The position numbers were made by a program, and so were the translations under genes. This document shows positions 32,160 through 45,100 of a stretch of 64,000 nt of DNA, piece by piece (position 1 is the first letter of the stretch; the number at the start of each line of letters is the position of its first letter). The stretch lies in sequence record SRR2962707_440, one strand, 5' to 3'. Below the pieces are notes generated by a model. That model was given only the letters and a program-made list of their open reading frames with translations. It had not been told where the DNA came from and ran no database searches.

Positions 32160-32906
32160 ATGCTCGGATTTTTGCGACAAGCGCCCAAAAAGCTTACGAC
32201 CCAAAAACGTGAATTCGAAGTGGCTGGCCGTGTGCTGCCCTTGTCGATCACGGAAAATCCGCGCGCCAAGCGCTTAACCCTGCGCGTTCAGCCAGGTGCG
32301 CGCGGCCTCAAAGTAACGACCCCGCCCGGCATTCCGCAGCGCGAAGTCGATGCGTTTTTAGAGCGTAATCGCGGTTGGCTGCAATCCAAACTCGATATCG
32401 TGCCCGACAAGCCAATGGTCCGTGATGGTATTAGAATTCCTATACGCGGGATTAATCACCAGATTGAGCGCCGTTCTGGACGTGGCATCACAGAAGTTAA
32501 AATAGACGAAGATGGAGCTGCTCGGCTCATCATCTATGGCGATGAAAAATTCGTGCCGCGCCGCGTTTCTGATTTTCTCAAAAAAGAAGCTAAGCGCGAA
32601 ATAGAGGCGCTTGTGGCCTATCACACAGCGAAAGTCGGACGCAAAGCAACATCCATCACGTTTCGTGATACGACCAGCCGCTGGGGCTCATGCTCTTCGG
32701 ACGGAAAATTGTCGTTTTCTTGGCGCATAATGATGGCACCGCCAGCGGTGATCAATTATCTGGTCGCCCATGAGGTGGCTCACCTTAAAGAGATGAACCA
32801 TTCGATCCGCTTTTGGACGCTGTGCAAAGAGCTTTGTCCCGACACAGATAAATGCAAAAATTGGCTCAAGCGCAATGGTAGCAAGCTACAAGCTATTGGT
32901 TTTTAG
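32160..32906 (+). CDS. M48/YgjP (DUF45)-like zinc metallohydrolase
   Basis: SRWGSCS, FSWR, YLVAHEVAHL (HExxH), MNHS..FW. Confidence 0.88.
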   Translation: MLGFLRQAPKKLTTQKREFEVAGRVLPLSITENPRAKRLTLRVQPGARGLKVTTPPGIPQREVDAFLERNRGWLQSKLDIVPDKPMVRDGIRIPIRGINHQIERRSGRGITEVKIDEDGAARLIIYGDEKFVPRRVSDFLKKEAKREIEALVAYHTAKVGRKATSITFRDTTSRWGSCSSDGKLSFSWRIMMAPPAVINYLVAHEVAHLKEMNHSIRFWTLCKELCPDTDKCKNWLKRNGSKLQAIGF

Positions 32907-33007
32907 ATTTATACGGGCTTGCGCCCTCCTAAGAATCAGATCTTATTTTATCTAAAAATTTGCGCCTATCTCTCGACTCTTAAGCGCTTGCGCGATATCG
33001 CAACGCG

Positions 33008-33658
33008 ATGGACATCAAAATTTGCGGATTATCGACAATTGAAAGCGTGGATGCAGTGGTTGCAGCCCATGCTTCGCATGTCGGGTTCATTTTTTTTCAA
33101 AAATCGCCGCGTTATGTTACCGTAGAAACAGCCGCTCTTTTGAGCGCCCGTGCGCAAAAGGCTGGCCTTAAATCTGTCGCGGTAACCGTTAATGCCGATG
33201 ATGATTATTTGGATGAGATTGTATCAGTCGTAAAACCAGATATTTTGCAATTACATGGCTCAGAGACACCGGCGCGTGTTACTGAAGTTAAAGCCAAATA
33301 TAGTTTGCCTGTGATGAAAGCTTTTGCGATTTCGAGCGCTGATGATCTGGCAAAAGTCGAACCCTATCGCGGTATCGCAGATAGCTTCTTATTTGACGCA
33401 AAACCGCCCAAAGGGTCTGATCTTCCCGGCGGCAATGGTATCAGTTTTGACTGGTCACTATTAACCAATCTTGACCCGTCTATCGATTACATGCTTTCGG
33501 GCGGGTTAAATCCTGCTAATGTCGCGGAAGCGATAGATTTAGTATCGCCTCCCGGGTTAGATATATCGTCTGGCGTGGAAAGCGCGCCGGGTATAAAAGA
33601 TTTGAGTTTAATTGCGGACTTCTTTGCTGCAATCAAACGGAAAGCAAAAGAGAGTTAA
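33008..33658 (+). CDS. trpF: Phosphoribosylanthranilate isomerase
   Basis: [34 protein letters not shown]. Confidence 0.96.
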   Translation: MDIKICGLSTIESVDAVVAAHASHVGFIFFQKSPRYVTVETAALLSARAQKAGLKSVAVTVNADDDYLDEIVSVVKPDILQLHGSETPARVTEVKAKYSLPVMKAFAISSADDLAKVEPYRGIADSFLFDAKPPKGSDLPGGNGISFDWSLLTNLDPSIDYMLSGGLNPANVAEAIDLVSPPGLDISSGVESAPGIKDLSLIADFFAAIKRKAKES

Positions 33659-33663
33659 GCTAT

Positions 33664-34887
33664 ATGACGAAGCCAGTGGAACCAAATTCCTTCCGCACTG
33701 GCCCTGATGATCAGGGCATGTTCGGCATTTTCGGTGGACGGTTTGTTGCCGAAACACTGATGCCGCTTATTTTGGAATTGGACGAACAATGGCAAAAGGC
33801 AAAGACTGATCCTGAGTTTCAGGCAGAACTTGCCTATCTTAACAAGCATTATACCGGCAGGCCTTCGCCGCTTTATTATGCTGAACGGCTGACCGAACAT
33901 CTTGGCGGCGCGAAGATTTATTTCAAACGCGACGAGCTAAACCACACCGGTTCGCACAAAATCAACAATTGTTTGGGCCAAATCCTGCTTGCAAAACGCA
34001 TGGGCAAAACCCGCATCATCGCGGAAACGGGCGCTGGTCAACACGGTGTGGCATCGGCAACCGTGTCTGCGCGCTTTGGTTATCCTTGCCATGTCTATAT
34101 GGGTGCAAAAGACATTGAACGTCAGGCACCTAATGTTTTCCGCATGAAGCTACTCGGCGCAAAAGTGACAGGCGTCACTGCAGGTCACGGCACACTTAAA
34201 GATGCGATGAACGAAGCGTTGCGAGATTGGGTGACCAATGTTGATGATACTTATTATCTAATCGGCACAGCCGCTGGTCCGCATCCTTATCCAGAAATGG
34301 TGCGTGAGTTCCAATCGGTGATCGGCAATGAAACGCGCGAACAAATGATGGCTGCGGAAGGTCGTCTGCCTGATATGCTGGTCGCAGCGGTTGGCGGTGG
34401 CTCCAATGCGATCGGTCTATTCCATCCTTTCCTTGACGATAAAAATGTTGAAATCATTGGCGTGGAAGCGGGCGGTAAAGGCCTTGATGGTGACGAGCAT
34501 TGCGCATCACTGACTGCAGGTTCGCCCGGCGTATTGCACGGCAACCGCACCTATTTGCTTCAAGATAGCGATGGCCAAATTGAGGAAGGCCATTCTATTT
34601 CTGCTGGTCTTGATTATCCTGGCATTGGGCCTGAACATTCATGGCTCAAAGATTCTGGCCGTGTAAACTATGTGCCAATTATGGATACAGAAGCGCTCGA
34701 CGCGTTCCAGACATTGTGCAAGGTCGAAGGCATTATTCCAGCGCTGGAACCAAGCCACGCTTTGGCGGAAGTTATCAAACGTGCGCCTAAAATGGGCAAA
34801 GACCAAATCATCGTGATGAATTTATGTGGCCGAGGCGACAAGGATGTTTTCACGGTGGGTAAAGCATTGGGCGTGGAGCTAACATAA
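33664..34887 (+). CDS. trpB: Tryptophan synthase beta chain
   Basis: [33 protein letters not shown]. Confidence 0.98.
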   Translation: MTKPVEPNSFRTGPDDQGMFGIFGGRFVAETLMPLILELDEQWQKAKTDPEFQAELAYLNKHYTGRPSPLYYAERLTEHLGGAKIYFKRDELNHTGSHKINNCLGQILLAKRMGKTRIIAETGAGQHGVASATVSARFGYPCHVYMGAKDIERQAPNVFRMKLLGAKVTGVTAGHGTLKDAMNEALRDWVTNVDDTYYLIGTAAGPHPYPEMVREFQSVIGNETREQMMAAEGRLPDMLVAAVGGGSNAIGLFHPFLDDKNVEIIGVEAGGKGLDGDEHCASLTAGSPGVLHGNRTYLLQDSDGQIEEGHSISAGLDYPGIGPEHSWLKDSGRVNYVPIMDTEALDAFQTLCKVEGIIPALEPSHALAEVIKRAPKMGKDQIIVMNLCGRGDKDVFTVGKALGVELT

Positions 34888-35726
34888 TGACAAATCGTTT
34901 TGACACACTGTTTGCCCGCCTTGGCAAAGAAAACCGCCCTGCATTGGTCACCTATTTCATGGGCGGCGATCCGGACTTTGATACGTCGCTTAAAATTATG
35001 AAAGCGCTGCCGCTTGCTGGTTCTGATATTATTGAGCTTGGTATGCCGTTTTCTGACCCAATGGCCGATGGCCCTGCGATTGAGGCGGCTGGTTTGCGTT
35101 CGCTTAAAGGTGGTCAGAACCTGACTAAGACTTTGTCGATGGCACGCAAATTCCGTGAGACAAATAAAGATACCCCAATCGTGATGATGGGTTATTATAA
35201 CCCGATCTATGTTTATGGCGTTGACCGGTTCCTCGCTGATGCTGTTGCCTCAGGCATTGACGGTTTGATCGTTGTTGATCTGCCGCCTGAGATGGATGAA
35301 GAGCTTTGCATTCCAGCGCTTAAAACGGGCATTAGTTTCATTCGCCTTGCAACGCCGACAACCGATGATAAGCGCTTGCCAAAAGTGCTCGAGAACACTT
35401 CAGGCTTCGTCTATTATGTATCGATGAACGGCATTACCGGCAGCGCTATTGCTTCTACGCAAGCAGTTGGCGATGCGGTAAACCGCATTAAAGGCCACAC
35501 ACCACTGCCAGTGTGTGTCGGCTTTGGCGTTAAAACCGCTGAACAAGCGCAAATTATTGGACGCGATGCAGATGGTGTCGTGGTCGGTACCGCAATTGTG
35601 CAAGCAATCGCCAATACGCTTGATAAAAACGGTGCTGCAACATCAGATACCGTTGGCGCAGTTTCAACGCTTGTGCGCGGTCTAGCGCAAGGTGTTGCCA
35701 ATGCACGGCTTGAAGCGGCAGAATAA
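34887..35726 (+). CDS. trpA: Tryptophan synthase alpha chain
   Basis: [30 protein letters not shown]. Confidence 0.97.
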   Translation: MTNRFDTLFARLGKENRPALVTYFMGGDPDFDTSLKIMKALPLAGSDIIELGMPFSDPMADGPAIEAAGLRSLKGGQNLTKTLSMARKFRETNKDTPIVMMGYYNPIYVYGVDRFLADAVASGIDGLIVVDLPPEMDEELCIPALKTGISFIRLATPTTDDKRLPKVLENTSGFVYYVSMNGITGSAIASTQAVGDAVNRIKGHTPLPVCVGFGVKTAEQAQIIGRDADGVVVGTAIVQAIANTLDKNGAATSDTVGAVSTLVRGLAQGVANARLEAAE

Positions 35727-35795
35727 ATAGCCACTTATGATATAGATACGAATTGAAGCGCTCATTTAAAGCGCTAGCCAAAACAGGAAGCTGTT

Positions 35796-36752
35796 ATGAA
35801 CTGGATTACGAATTACGTCCGCCCGCGCCTAAACGATATGTTGGGACGCCGCGACTCCCCTGAAAACCTTTGGATTAAGTGCCCTGAAACGGGCCAAATG
35901 GTTTTTCACCGCGATGTGGAAGACAATCAATTTGTGATTCCAGGTTCTGGTCATCACATGAAGATTCCGGCCAAAACCAGAATGACGCATTTCTTTGATG
36001 ATGGTGAGTTTTCTATATTAGACAACCCAACGGTTGCGCAGGATCCACTCAAATTCCGCGATCAGAAAAAATACACAGACCGTCTGCGCGAAAACAAAGC
36101 GAAAACTGGCCTTGAAGATTCGATTATCAATGCACTTGGTAAGATCGAAGGTCTTCCGATTGTGGCTACCTTGCATGATTTTACCTTTATGGGCGGATCG
36201 CTTGGCATGGCCGCAGGCGAAGCGATCATCAAAGGTTTTGAAACTGCCATCGCGATGAAGCGCCCATTGGTACTCTTTGCTGCATCTGGTGGCGCGCGCA
36301 TGCAGGAAGGCATTTTGTCTTTGATGCAATTGCCACGCACAACCGTTGCCGTCGAAATGCTTAAAGAAGCAGGCCTTCCTTACATCGTGGTGCTGACCAA
36401 TCCGACAACAGGCGGCGTTTCTGCGTCTTATGCGATGCTGGGTGATGTGCACATTGCTGAGCCTGGTGCGGTGATCGGTTTTGCTGGTGCCCGTGTTATC
36501 GAACAAACTATTCGCGAGAAGCTGCCTGAAGGTTTCCAGCGCTCTGAATATTTGTTGGAACACGGCATGGTTGATATGGTTGTCCCGCGCCAAGAGTTGC
36601 GTCCAACAATCGCGCGGCTTCTTCGCCTTTTAACAAAGGCACCAGAATTAAAAGAAGCTGCCGTTCTTGATGCGCCATCAAAAGAAAAAACAGGAAAAAC
36701 CATTGCTGAAACGCCTGCGCCTGAAACGCTTGGCGAAACAAAATCTAGCTGA
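35796..36752 (+). CDS. accD: Acetyl-CoA carboxylase carboxyltransferase beta
   Basis: [34 protein letters not shown]. Confidence 0.97.
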   Translation: MNWITNYVRPRLNDMLGRRDSPENLWIKCPETGQMVFHRDVEDNQFVIPGSGHHMKIPAKTRMTHFFDDGEFSILDNPTVAQDPLKFRDQKKYTDRLRENKAKTGLEDSIINALGKIEGLPIVATLHDFTFMGGSLGMAAGEAIIKGFETAIAMKRPLVLFAASGGARMQEGILSLMQLPRTTVAVEMLKEAGLPYIVVLTNPTTGGVSASYAMLGDVHIAEPGAVIGFAGARVIEQTIREKLPEGFQRSEYLLEHGMVDMVVPRQELRPTIARLLRLLTKAPELKEAAVLDAPSKEKTGKTIAETPAPETLGETKSS

Positions 36753-36766
36753 AGGGCGCAGCCACA

Positions 36767-38122
36767 ATGACGGCAACGCCGGAAAAAGTGCCCGCAAAAT
36801 CTCTTGATGGCGGAAAATCAGCTCTCGCCATTGATGCACTTATGGAATTGCACCCGAAGGGGTTCGACCTTTCGCTCGGCCGTATTACACGACTGATGAA
36901 AAAGCTGGGCAATCCGCATCTTAACCTACCGCCGGTCATCCATATCGCTGGCACGAATGGTAAAGGGTCTTGCGCTGCATTTTGCCGTGCTTTGCTTGAA
37001 GCAAACGGCAAGAGCGTGCATGTTCACACATCGCCGCATCTTGTGCGTTGGCATGAGCGTTTTCGCATTGCCGGTGAGTTGGTTTCAGACGCAGTGCTTG
37101 CCGACGCGATAAACCGTGTCGCTGTGGCCAATGCGGGCGAACATATTACCGTCTTTGAGATCCTCACCGCTGTCATGTTTGTGCTTTTTGCCGAACACCC
37201 TGCCGATGTTGCGATTATTGAGGTGGGCCTTGGCGGGCGTGCGGACGCAACAAATATTATCCCGAGGCCTGCAGCCACCGTTATTATGCCGATCAGTCTC
37301 GACCATATGACTTATTTAGGCGATACGGTTGAGAAGATTGCGGCTGAAAAAGGCGGTATTATCAAGCGCGATGTGCCGGTGATTATCGGCTCGCAGCCCA
37401 ATCACGATGTGCGCGATATTCTGGAAGATATGGCCGACATTATCCACGCGCCCTATATTTCCTATGGCCAAGACTTCCATGCCTATGAAGAACATGGGCG
37501 CATGGTTTATCAAGGCATTGATCGCCTGCTTGATTTACCGCTTCCTGCGCTTCACGGTCGCCATCAATATTCCAACGCTGCGGCTGCAATTACCACGGTT
37601 ATTGCTGCTGGATTTGAGCTCACTGACGATGAAATTGAAACGGCAATGCACGAGGTCTACTGGCCTGCGCGCATGCAATTATTAGAATCCGGCCCACTGA
37701 CAGCATTGGGGCCGGAAGATTCAGAATATTTGCTAGATGGTGGGCATAATCCTGATGCGGCGATTGCCTGCGCGGAATATCTGGCTGTGCGCGAAGAAAT
37801 ACTCGAACGCCCAATATTTATGATCTGCGGCATGATTAATACCAAGGATGCTGTTGGCTATTTCCATCCTTTTGAAGGATTGGTACGCCATGTGTTTACG
37901 GTGCCCGTGCCATCAAGTGATGCCGGTGTTGATCCGGAAATCCTAGCCGATCAAGCAATTCAAGCCGGATTATCTGCGGAAGCCATGCCAAGTGTCAAAG
38001 ATGCAATTACCCTCATTGGCGAAAGCTGGGACGGTTTAGACCGTAGCCCACGCATTTTAATCTGTGGCTCGCTTTATTTAGCCGGTGATGTGCTGCGCGA
38101 TAATTTAACACCGCCGCAGTAA
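36767..38122 (+). CDS. folC: Folylpolyglutamate/dihydrofolate synthase
   Basis: IAGTNGKGS, TSPHL, EVGLGGRADATN, DGGHNP, GSLYLAG. Confidence 0.96.
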   Translation: MTATPEKVPAKSLDGGKSALAIDALMELHPKGFDLSLGRITRLMKKLGNPHLNLPPVIHIAGTNGKGSCAAFCRALLEANGKSVHVHTSPHLVRWHERFRIAGELVSDAVLADAINRVAVANAGEHITVFEILTAVMFVLFAEHPADVAIIEVGLGGRADATNIIPRPAATVIMPISLDHMTYLGDTVEKIAAEKGGIIKRDVPVIIGSQPNHDVRDILEDMADIIHAPYISYGQDFHAYEEHGRMVYQGIDRLLDLPLPALHGRHQYSNAAAAITTVIAAGFELTDDEIETAMHEVYWPARMQLLESGPLTALGPEDSEYLLDGGHNPDAAIACAEYLAVREEILERPIFMICGMINTKDAVGYFHPFEGLVRHVFTVPVPSSDAGVDPEILADQAIQAGLSAEAMPSVKDAITLIGESWDGLDRSPRILICGSLYLAGDVLRDNLTPPQ

Positions 38123-38146
38123 CGCCTTTATCAAAAGCCGCGCACG

Positions 38147-38176
38147 AAAAAGCCCGACTACATGCGTAGCCGGGCT
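38147..38176. terminator. Terminator hairpin between convergent folC and trxA
   Basis: AAAAAGCCCGACTAC-ATGC-GTAGCCGGGCT. Confidence 0.7.
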
Positions 38177-38199
38177 ATAATCATTCATTGAATGATGGA

Positions 38200-38523
38200 T
38201 TAAGCGATGCCGCCTTTAATCCAATCAGACAATTTGCCTTTTGGCGCAGCGCCAATCATTTGATCGGCAATTTCGCCGCCTTTAAACATATAAAGCGTTG
38301 GAATTGAACGAACGCCATATTGCGCAGCAATATCTGGGTTCTCATCAATGTTCAGCTTTACGATTTTAACCTTGTCGTTCATTTCATTCGAAATTTCTTC
38401 GAGCGCAGGTGCAATCATTTTACATGGTCCGCACCATTCCGCCCAAAAGTCCACAACAACAGGGATATCTGAATTTAAGACATCGCTCTGAAAGCTTGCA
38501 GTGGTTGATTTTACGGTAGCCAT
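38200..38523 (-). CDS. trxA: Thioredoxin
   Basis: [17 protein letters not shown] before MATVK. Confidence 0.97.
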   Translation of the reverse strand: MATVKSTTASFQSDVLNSDIPVVVDFWAEWCGPCKMIAPALEEISNEMNDKVKIVKLNIDENPDIAAQYGVRSIPTLYMFKGGEIADQMIGAAPKGKLSDWIKGGIA

Positions 38524-38555
38524 CGGCTTTCTCCTAGTGATTCTGTTCTCCACCA

Positions 38556-38584
38556 ATGTGGGCGTTGTTGGCGCGCCATTCAAG
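38556..38584 (-). promoter_or_regulatory. Candidate RpoH promoter of trxA
   Basis: Minus strand CTTGAA-N16-CCCACAT. Confidence 0.6.
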
Positions 38585-38620
38585 CGCCAATTTACTGAAT
38601 CTCACGATCTCAGATTGAAT

Positions 38621-41600
38621 TTACCCTGTTTGCATGCTTTTCAACGCGGTGGTTAAAATACCTTCATCCAGCTCAAAAAGCTGCGGTGTTGTTGTAAATA
38701 ACAAGGCAGCTTTGACCGTTTTTGTTGGGTACAGCGGTGCAACCAGTGCCTGATAAAGCGCCATTTGCCGCAGATATACCGCTGGTATTTCGTTCACACT
38801 CCTCGGTGGGTTTGTGTTGGTTTTATAGTCAAGAATATAAACTGCATCATCCGTCACACAGAGCCGATCAATAACGCCTGAAACCGCACGTTCCTCGTCA
38901 CCAATCACAATGGTGCCCATCACAGACACTTCTGCATGGGCGTTGCTGATGAAAAATGGCGCATAGGCCGGATTATTGAGCACCGCAAAAACTTGAGTGC
39001 ACATTGTATCAATGTCATCGCTCGTCCAGCGGCGATCCACATGTTGGCAATAGGCCCGCGCTTTGTCATGACGCGCGCCCACATCAATATTCGGCAATAT
39101 CTGCAACATTTTATGAATTACCGTACCGCGCTTCATCGCCAAAGCGGGATCCATTGCATTTGAGCGCCCAGAAAGCTCATATTGTTCCAGAAGCGAAATG
39201 GCTTTTTCACCATCGCTGTCCTGTCTGTCCGCTTCAATCGCGAGGCCCGAAGCACCGGACGGAAACAACGGACGGGTGGCCGGTGGTTCGGCAGGCGCGG
39301 GGTCTGCAAAACATGCTGGCAGCGCAAACACTTCCTCATTTTCTTCCGCTCGTGCATCGCGCAGTGGATGGGCGGGTAGCTGCTGGACAGCTGGGTATAT
39401 AATTGCCTGATAGTCCCCAAAATCATGGGGCCTGCTGTGTTCTTCAAGCCCTTTCTTGGCCATGGATAGCCATGTGCCTTCTTTGCCGCCATTAATGCCC
39501 GCATAACCACAAATGATAAGCCTGTCGGCAGCACGGGTCATGCCCACATAGAGCAATCGGCGGTATTCTTCTTCGGCGCGTTCTTTGAGCGTTTCGATGA
39601 TCTGAGCTGAAAAACCAGAGCGGCCATCGGATGAGCCACCCCAAAGCACTGCCTCGGTGGGCTTTAACAATCCATTGCTCAGTTCAGATGGCAAAAGGAG
39701 CGGTGCAGATTTTGCTGTAAAGGCTGGGCTGCCCGGGTCAACCAAAAACACAATCGGTGCCTCAAGGCCTTTGGCACCGTGCACGGTCATAATCCGAACT
39801 TCGGCCCTTTTCCCATCCATTTCACGCTTTATTTCGGGTGCGAAATTATCAAGCGTGTTTAAGAATGTCTCTAATGATACGGGTCCGGTACGTTCTTGGG
39901 CGATGGTGTAGTTCAAAAACTCATCGAGCATGTCGCCTGTTTCGGGGCCAAGTCGTCCGATTAATTTTGCCCGCGCGCCGCCAACACCCAAGACAGTGCT
40001 ATAGAATTCAAACACCGGCTTATTGAGCGCCAAGCTGCGCCATTTTTCCAATTGAACATAGGCTGAGGCGCAATGAGAATGATCTGCCGTTGATAATTCA
40101 AGCGCTTCATAAAGCGATAAATCTCCCCGCTTATACGACAGATCAAACAGCTGGTCGTCGCTCCAGCCAAACAAGGGGCTGCGCAGAAGCGAGGCGAGCG
40201 ATAAATCATCAGCCTTATTGAGCATGATGCGACCAAGCGCCATTAGGTCTAAAACCGCAATGTGTGCGGTCATGCCGAGACGGTCAGCGCCCGCTACGGG
40301 CACTTTTAGGTCTTTTAACGCCAGCGAAAGAGCATGAACAAAGGCATCGCGCTTGCGCACCAAAACTAAAATATCACCGGCATTGATTTTCTTGCCAGTG
40401 GCCGCAAGGCATTCACCGCTCTCTATCCAATTTTTAATGCGGTTTGCGATACGGTTTGCGAGGATGACCGCTGGTTTTTGGGCGTGATCAACGGCTTGTC
40501 GCCAATCTTCTTCCGGCTCAGTTTTGACCGCGTTTTCACATTCCCAGACTTCCACTTCGCCCGCTTGATTTTCTCGCAATGATTGGTGGCGCAAAGTGCT
40601 ATCGATTGGGCTGACACCGCGTTTGTGGTCAACATAGGCAAAGACATGATCGACAGCAGAGAGCACATCTTCGGTTGAGCGGAACGAGACCTCAAGGCGG
40701 ATCGCATTAAAGGTGCTTTCCGCTTCACGCACCGCCACATCAAAATGATCACGCGCAGCGCCAAATTCGCGCGGATCGGCGCCCTGAAACGAATAGATCG
40801 ACTGTTTTTCGTCGCCAACAGCAAACATCGTGCGCGTAACATCGCGTGCGCCTTCGCCAGAAAAGAACTCATCGGCCAAGGTTTTGATAACGCGCCACTG
40901 GGCGGGGCTGGTATCTTGCGCCTCATCGACCAAAATATGGTCAATGCCCTGATCGAGCTTATAACGAACCCACGCGCTGACATTATCCTTCATCAGCATG
41001 TTTTCAGTGCGTGTGATCAAATCTTCAAAATCAAGCAACCCACGTCGGTTTTTAAGTTTTGCGTAAAGCGTGAGCAAATGATCGGCAATAGATAAGGCAT
41101 CAAGCGTCTGCTCGATTTCGGCCAACAGATTTGTGCGATCGACAAGACCAAGCATGATGTCGGCGGCTTGTTCATATCTGTCGGCGAGGCTTGGAAACTT
41201 CGCCAAAATGTCCTTGGCGAAAAGCCAGCTCGATTTATAGGCTTTGGTACCGCCGCTCACGAGCGTGTCTTTAAGCTGTGCAAAACCGGCGCCATTTGCG
41301 CCCGTATCAAAGGCGACCACACACGCATAAGCAAATTCATAGGCGCGGGCTTTTCCCATTGCCGCGGCTTCATCACGCACGCTGCGCATTAATTCCTTAT
41401 CAAGCGGCAGATTTTGCCAAATGCCTTGCTCAATCGTATCAACGGTATCTTCAGGCTTAAAATTATGGGCTGTTAGATATGCGGCGCGCCGTTCATCGGC
41501 ATCGCCCAATAGATCAATTAAAGTGCCAAGCCTTTGGCGCTTATTGATGATCTCACTTAGGAGGCTTTCCAGACCGCTTTCACCTTTTTGACTCAGCACG

Positions 41601-42166
41601 CGCTGAATAGCGCCTCGGGTTTCACCGGCTGGGCCTGTGAGCAATTGACGGCGTGCTTCAGCGATCAGATAGGTGGTGCCAATGTCATCAACCAGCTCAA
41701 AATGGCCTGCAATATTTGCCTCCAAAGGAAAGCGGTGCAGAAGCGCTTCGCAAAAAGCGTGAATGGTTTGAATTTTTAGCCCACCTGGTGTTTCCAGCGC
41801 TTTGGCAAAGAGCGTGCGGGCGAAAGTAATCTCAGCATCGGTTGGTGCTTTGTCGGTGATATCGATCAGCGCTTTCGCCAGCGCATCATCTTCCATCGTC
41901 ACCCATTCACCGAGGCGCGAAAATACACGGTTTTTCATCTCAGCCGCAGCGGTTTTCGTGTAAGTGAGGCAGAGGATTTTTGACGGTTCCACACCGCCTA
42001 ACAACAGACGAATAACGCGGGTCGATAAAACATAGGTTTTACCGGAACCTGCATTGGCCGACACCCAAGCAGACATTTTAGGATCCGCGGCCAAACGCTG
42101 GTTTTTGATTGTAATCGGGTCTGGACGAGGCTTGAGGGCATCATCCATTTGCTGTGTCTTGCTCAT
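38621..42166 (-). CDS. addA: Double-strand break repair helicase/nuclease AddA
   Basis: ANAGSGKT, TIHAFC, LVDEAQDT, VGDEKQSIY, TVHGAKGLE, C-terminal GVIDRL..DYKT. Confidence 0.95.
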   Translation of the reverse strand: MSKTQQMDDALKPRPDPITIKNQRLAADPKMSAWVSANAGSGKTYVLSTRVIRLLLGGVEPSKILCLTYTKTAAAEMKNRVFSRLGEWVTMEDDALAKALIDITDKAPTDAEITFARTLFAKALETPGGLKIQTIHAFCEALLHRFPLEANIAGHFELVDDIGTTYLIAEARRQLLTGPAGETRGAIQRVLSQKGESGLESLLSEIINKRQRLGTLIDLLGDADERRAAYLTAHNFKPEDTVDTIEQGIWQNLPLDKELMRSVRDEAAAMGKARAYEFAYACVVAFDTGANGAGFAQLKDTLVSGGTKAYKSSWLFAKDILAKFPSLADRYEQAADIMLGLVDRTNLLAEIEQTLDALSIADHLLTLYAKLKNRRGLLDFEDLITRTENMLMKDNVSAWVRYKLDQGIDHILVDEAQDTSPAQWRVIKTLADEFFSGEGARDVTRTMFAVGDEKQSIYSFQGADPREFGAARDHFDVAVREAESTFNAIRLEVSFRSTEDVLSAVDHVFAYVDHKRGVSPIDSTLRHQSLRENQAGEVEVWECENAVKTEPEEDWRQAVDHAQKPAVILANRIANRIKNWIESGECLAATGKKINAGDILVLVRKRDAFVHALSLALKDLKVPVAGADRLGMTAHIAVLDLMALGRIMLNKADDLSLASLLRSPLFGWSDDQLFDLSYKRGDLSLYEALELSTADHSHCASAYVQLEKWRSLALNKPVFEFYSTVLGVGGARAKLIGRLGPETGDMLDEFLNYTIAQERTGPVSLETFLNTLDNFAPEIKREMDGKRAEVRIMTVHGAKGLEAPIVFLVDPGSPAFTAKSAPLLLPSELSNGLLKPTEAVLWGGSSDGRSGFSAQIIETLKERAEEEYRRLLYVGMTRAADRLIICGYAGINGGKEGTWLSMAKKGLEEHSRPHDFGDYQAIIYPAVQQLPAHPLRDARAEENEEVFALPACFADPAPAEPPATRPLFPSGASGLAIEADRQDSDGEKAISLLEQYELSGRSNAMDPALAMKRGTVIHKMLQILPNIDVGARHDKARAYCQHVDRRWTSDDIDTMCTQVFAVLNNPAYAPFFISNAHAEVSVMGTIVIGDEERAVSGVIDRLCVTDDAVYILDYKTNTNPPRSVNEIPAVYLRQMALYQALVAPLYPTKTVKAALLFTTTPQLFELDEGILTTALKSMQTG

Positions 42167-45100
42167 GCTTCACCGCCATCACTGTCAACGCCAGCGGACC
42201 ATTCCATCACCCGCGCAAGATGATCATATTCATCGGAATAATCATGTTCGAGCTTTGGAATAGCGCGTGAGATATAACCATTTGTCTCTTCATTATAGAA
42301 TTTCAAAATATCGACGAGTTTCTCCCACGCTTTGTCGGCAAGATCATTGGCATCAACGGCAGACTTCCCATTGCCGCGCACATCGCGAATATCCACTTTG
42401 CCCGATGGGCCGAGCGTGACGTAGAGCAGTTCTTGCGCATCATGTTTACCGACCAAAGCTGGAAATGCGCCGCGATTAAGCAGCGCTGCTTCAAGGGGCA
42501 TTTGCGGCGACAGCAAGGATTTAACCTGCTTTGCCGATGGTGCGCCGCCGGTCTTAAAATCAACCACATCAACGCGGCCATCAGCACGTAAATCCATACG
42601 GTCAGCGCGGCCACCAAGGGTTACACCGGTATCATCGATGGGGTATTTATCCGACTGTAATTCGGCGTATCGGGTGACGCCGCTTTCATTACGGGACCGT
42701 TCCCATGCGATAAGACCGGGGATTGCTGCATCAAAACGGGCCCGCCAGATGATCTCGATATCTTCGGGCAGGTTTTCTTGGCCAAAAACCGCATCGGCAA
42801 TGGTGCCCAGCGCACCCGCAGCGTCGCCGCCTTCATAATCGATATTTGCCTTGGTAGCCTCTTCAAGGATTTTATGCAGCAAGGTGCCGCGCGTTGCCGC
42901 ATCAGGATCGCGCACCAAGGGTTCTAATGGATAAAGGCCGAGCACCTTTTTAGCATAGATGGCATAGGGATCACGGCGCAAGCGCTCTATTTCTGTCACT
43001 GAGAAATGTGTCGGGCGGGACGCGATCGGCGGTGTCGGTTTTGGCCGTTCTGCAAATTTTTGATCTTCGATATGGTCGGTAGCCTGCGCCATCTGCGCAT
43101 AACGATAACCTGCACGCAGTAATTCTTTTGCTTTATCGCCGCCGGCCAATGTTTCTAAACGCTGCAACCACCGCGATGCGACCGCGGGCGCATTTTCTAG
43201 CCGCGCCGAGCGGGTGAGCAACAGGCGCTGCTGGCCCATCGCCATTTGAAAGTCGTGGGCAGCCAAACCGATGCGGCGCTCAGGTGGCTGCATTTTCATG
43301 CGCGCTTTCATACCGCGCGTTAAAAACGCATCATTGGAAGTTTGCTGCGGCCAAACACCTTCGTTCAAACCGCCAAGCACCATAAAATCGACCGTTTGCA
43401 GGCGAGCTTCTAAAGCGCCCAAAATCGCTATGCGTGGATGACCGCCCGCTTTTGGCTTAATGAGCATACCGCTCGTTGCAGCACGGAAAATTTCGGGCCA
43501 TTGGGACGGCTCGAAAGAAAAGCTGGTCTCGCTGGCCAAAAACTTTGTCAGCACTGAGCGCAGCATCATGCCCGCCTCACCGTCAAAGAGAATGCTATGC
43601 TCGCCTTTTTCGTCTTTTGTTAGCGCTTCAAGTGTTTTTATCGTTGCCTTGATTGCAACCTCAATTGAAACATCAGTGTCCCGCGCAGCGATCTCGATCA
43701 GTGGTGCAAAGGCTTTATCAATGCGGGTTGCGATTGAGAGCGCGGCCGCCTCGTCATCGGGCGTCATGGTGCGCAACCATTTGGGTTTATACACCTCATC
43801 GCGGTGCCAATGGTCGATTTGCCGCTGCGCAAAGGCTGTGAAATTGGCGTGGTCGAAACGCCCAACGGCGCCGCGCAAAACCAATTGCTCTAAAAGAGCG
43901 CACTCCGCGCTATGTTCGTCCGCGTTTACACCCATCTGAACCAATGGGTTTTTAAGCAGCGCCAGCAAATTTGCAGGATCACCTGCTTGGAAAATATTTG
44001 CGAAGGTGAAGGCTGCAAGTGCACCCTGCAAAGTAGAATCAAAGGGTGTGCCGCCAGAATCATCGGCTTCAATGCCATAACGGGCCAGCTCACCAATGAC
44101 GCGGCGCGCAAGCATCCGGTCGGGCGTGACCAATGCTGTTTTTACATCAGGGTCTGCAATTGCCTCGCGCAGCGCGGCGGCAATGCTCGCTACCTCTTCA
44201 TGTTCATTTGCGGCCACCAGCAAGGCAACGTTTTCAAAGGCTGCATCTGACAATTGAGACTTCGCATCGCGCCAAATCGCTGTGCGCGGCGCTGGTTCTA
44301 AGGCTGCGCCCACCCATTTTTTGCGTGCCTGCTGGCTGATGGAGACAGGTGAACCCAGCGGCTCGATGAGACCATTTGCACCAATCTTTTTGACCAGCAA
44401 ATGCATACCATATTGCGGATGGCCGATGGCGGACGCTAAATCTTCTGGATCTTCTAGAATCGCGCGGGTTTCATCGCCCATCGTCAGATCATAACCAGGC
44501 AAAATTACTGCGCCCATTGGCAATGTTGCAACGGCGGCAATCAAATCAGCTGTGGCAGGGATCGTACCTGTCGAGCCAGCGACAATGATTGGGTCTTGTG
44601 GCTGTGTTTCACGCAGGCGCTTGGCTTCACCGCGCAGCATTTGATTGCGGTGCGTCGCAGGATCAAGCCGATTGCGTTCACATAAAATCTTAGGCCATTC
44701 GGTCTTGATGATCTCAAGAAAGGCGAGGGTAATTGACCACCAATCTGACGCTTCGGCTTCTCCAGCTGCTTGGATATCCTCAAAGGTCAAATCTTCGGTT
44801 TGCAGCTGATCAATCAGCGCTGCCAAATCTTGCGCAAGCCAAAACGCATCGGCGGTAGAAACTGGTGTCGTGAAATCTTCACCCGCATAATAAGCTTTAA
44901 GATGCTCGGTTAGGTGCTTGGTCCATTCTGCGATCAAGCGGCCCAAGATGAGTTGGCGCTCTAGGCTATCAACCGGCTCAAGCGTGCGAATAAAATCTTC
45001 TGCATTGCCTTCAAATAAAAGCGCATCTTCATCAAATTCGCCCAGCGGCTTAATCTTAGGCAAAAGCACACTGTTATTGCCCAAATAGTCCATAAAGGCT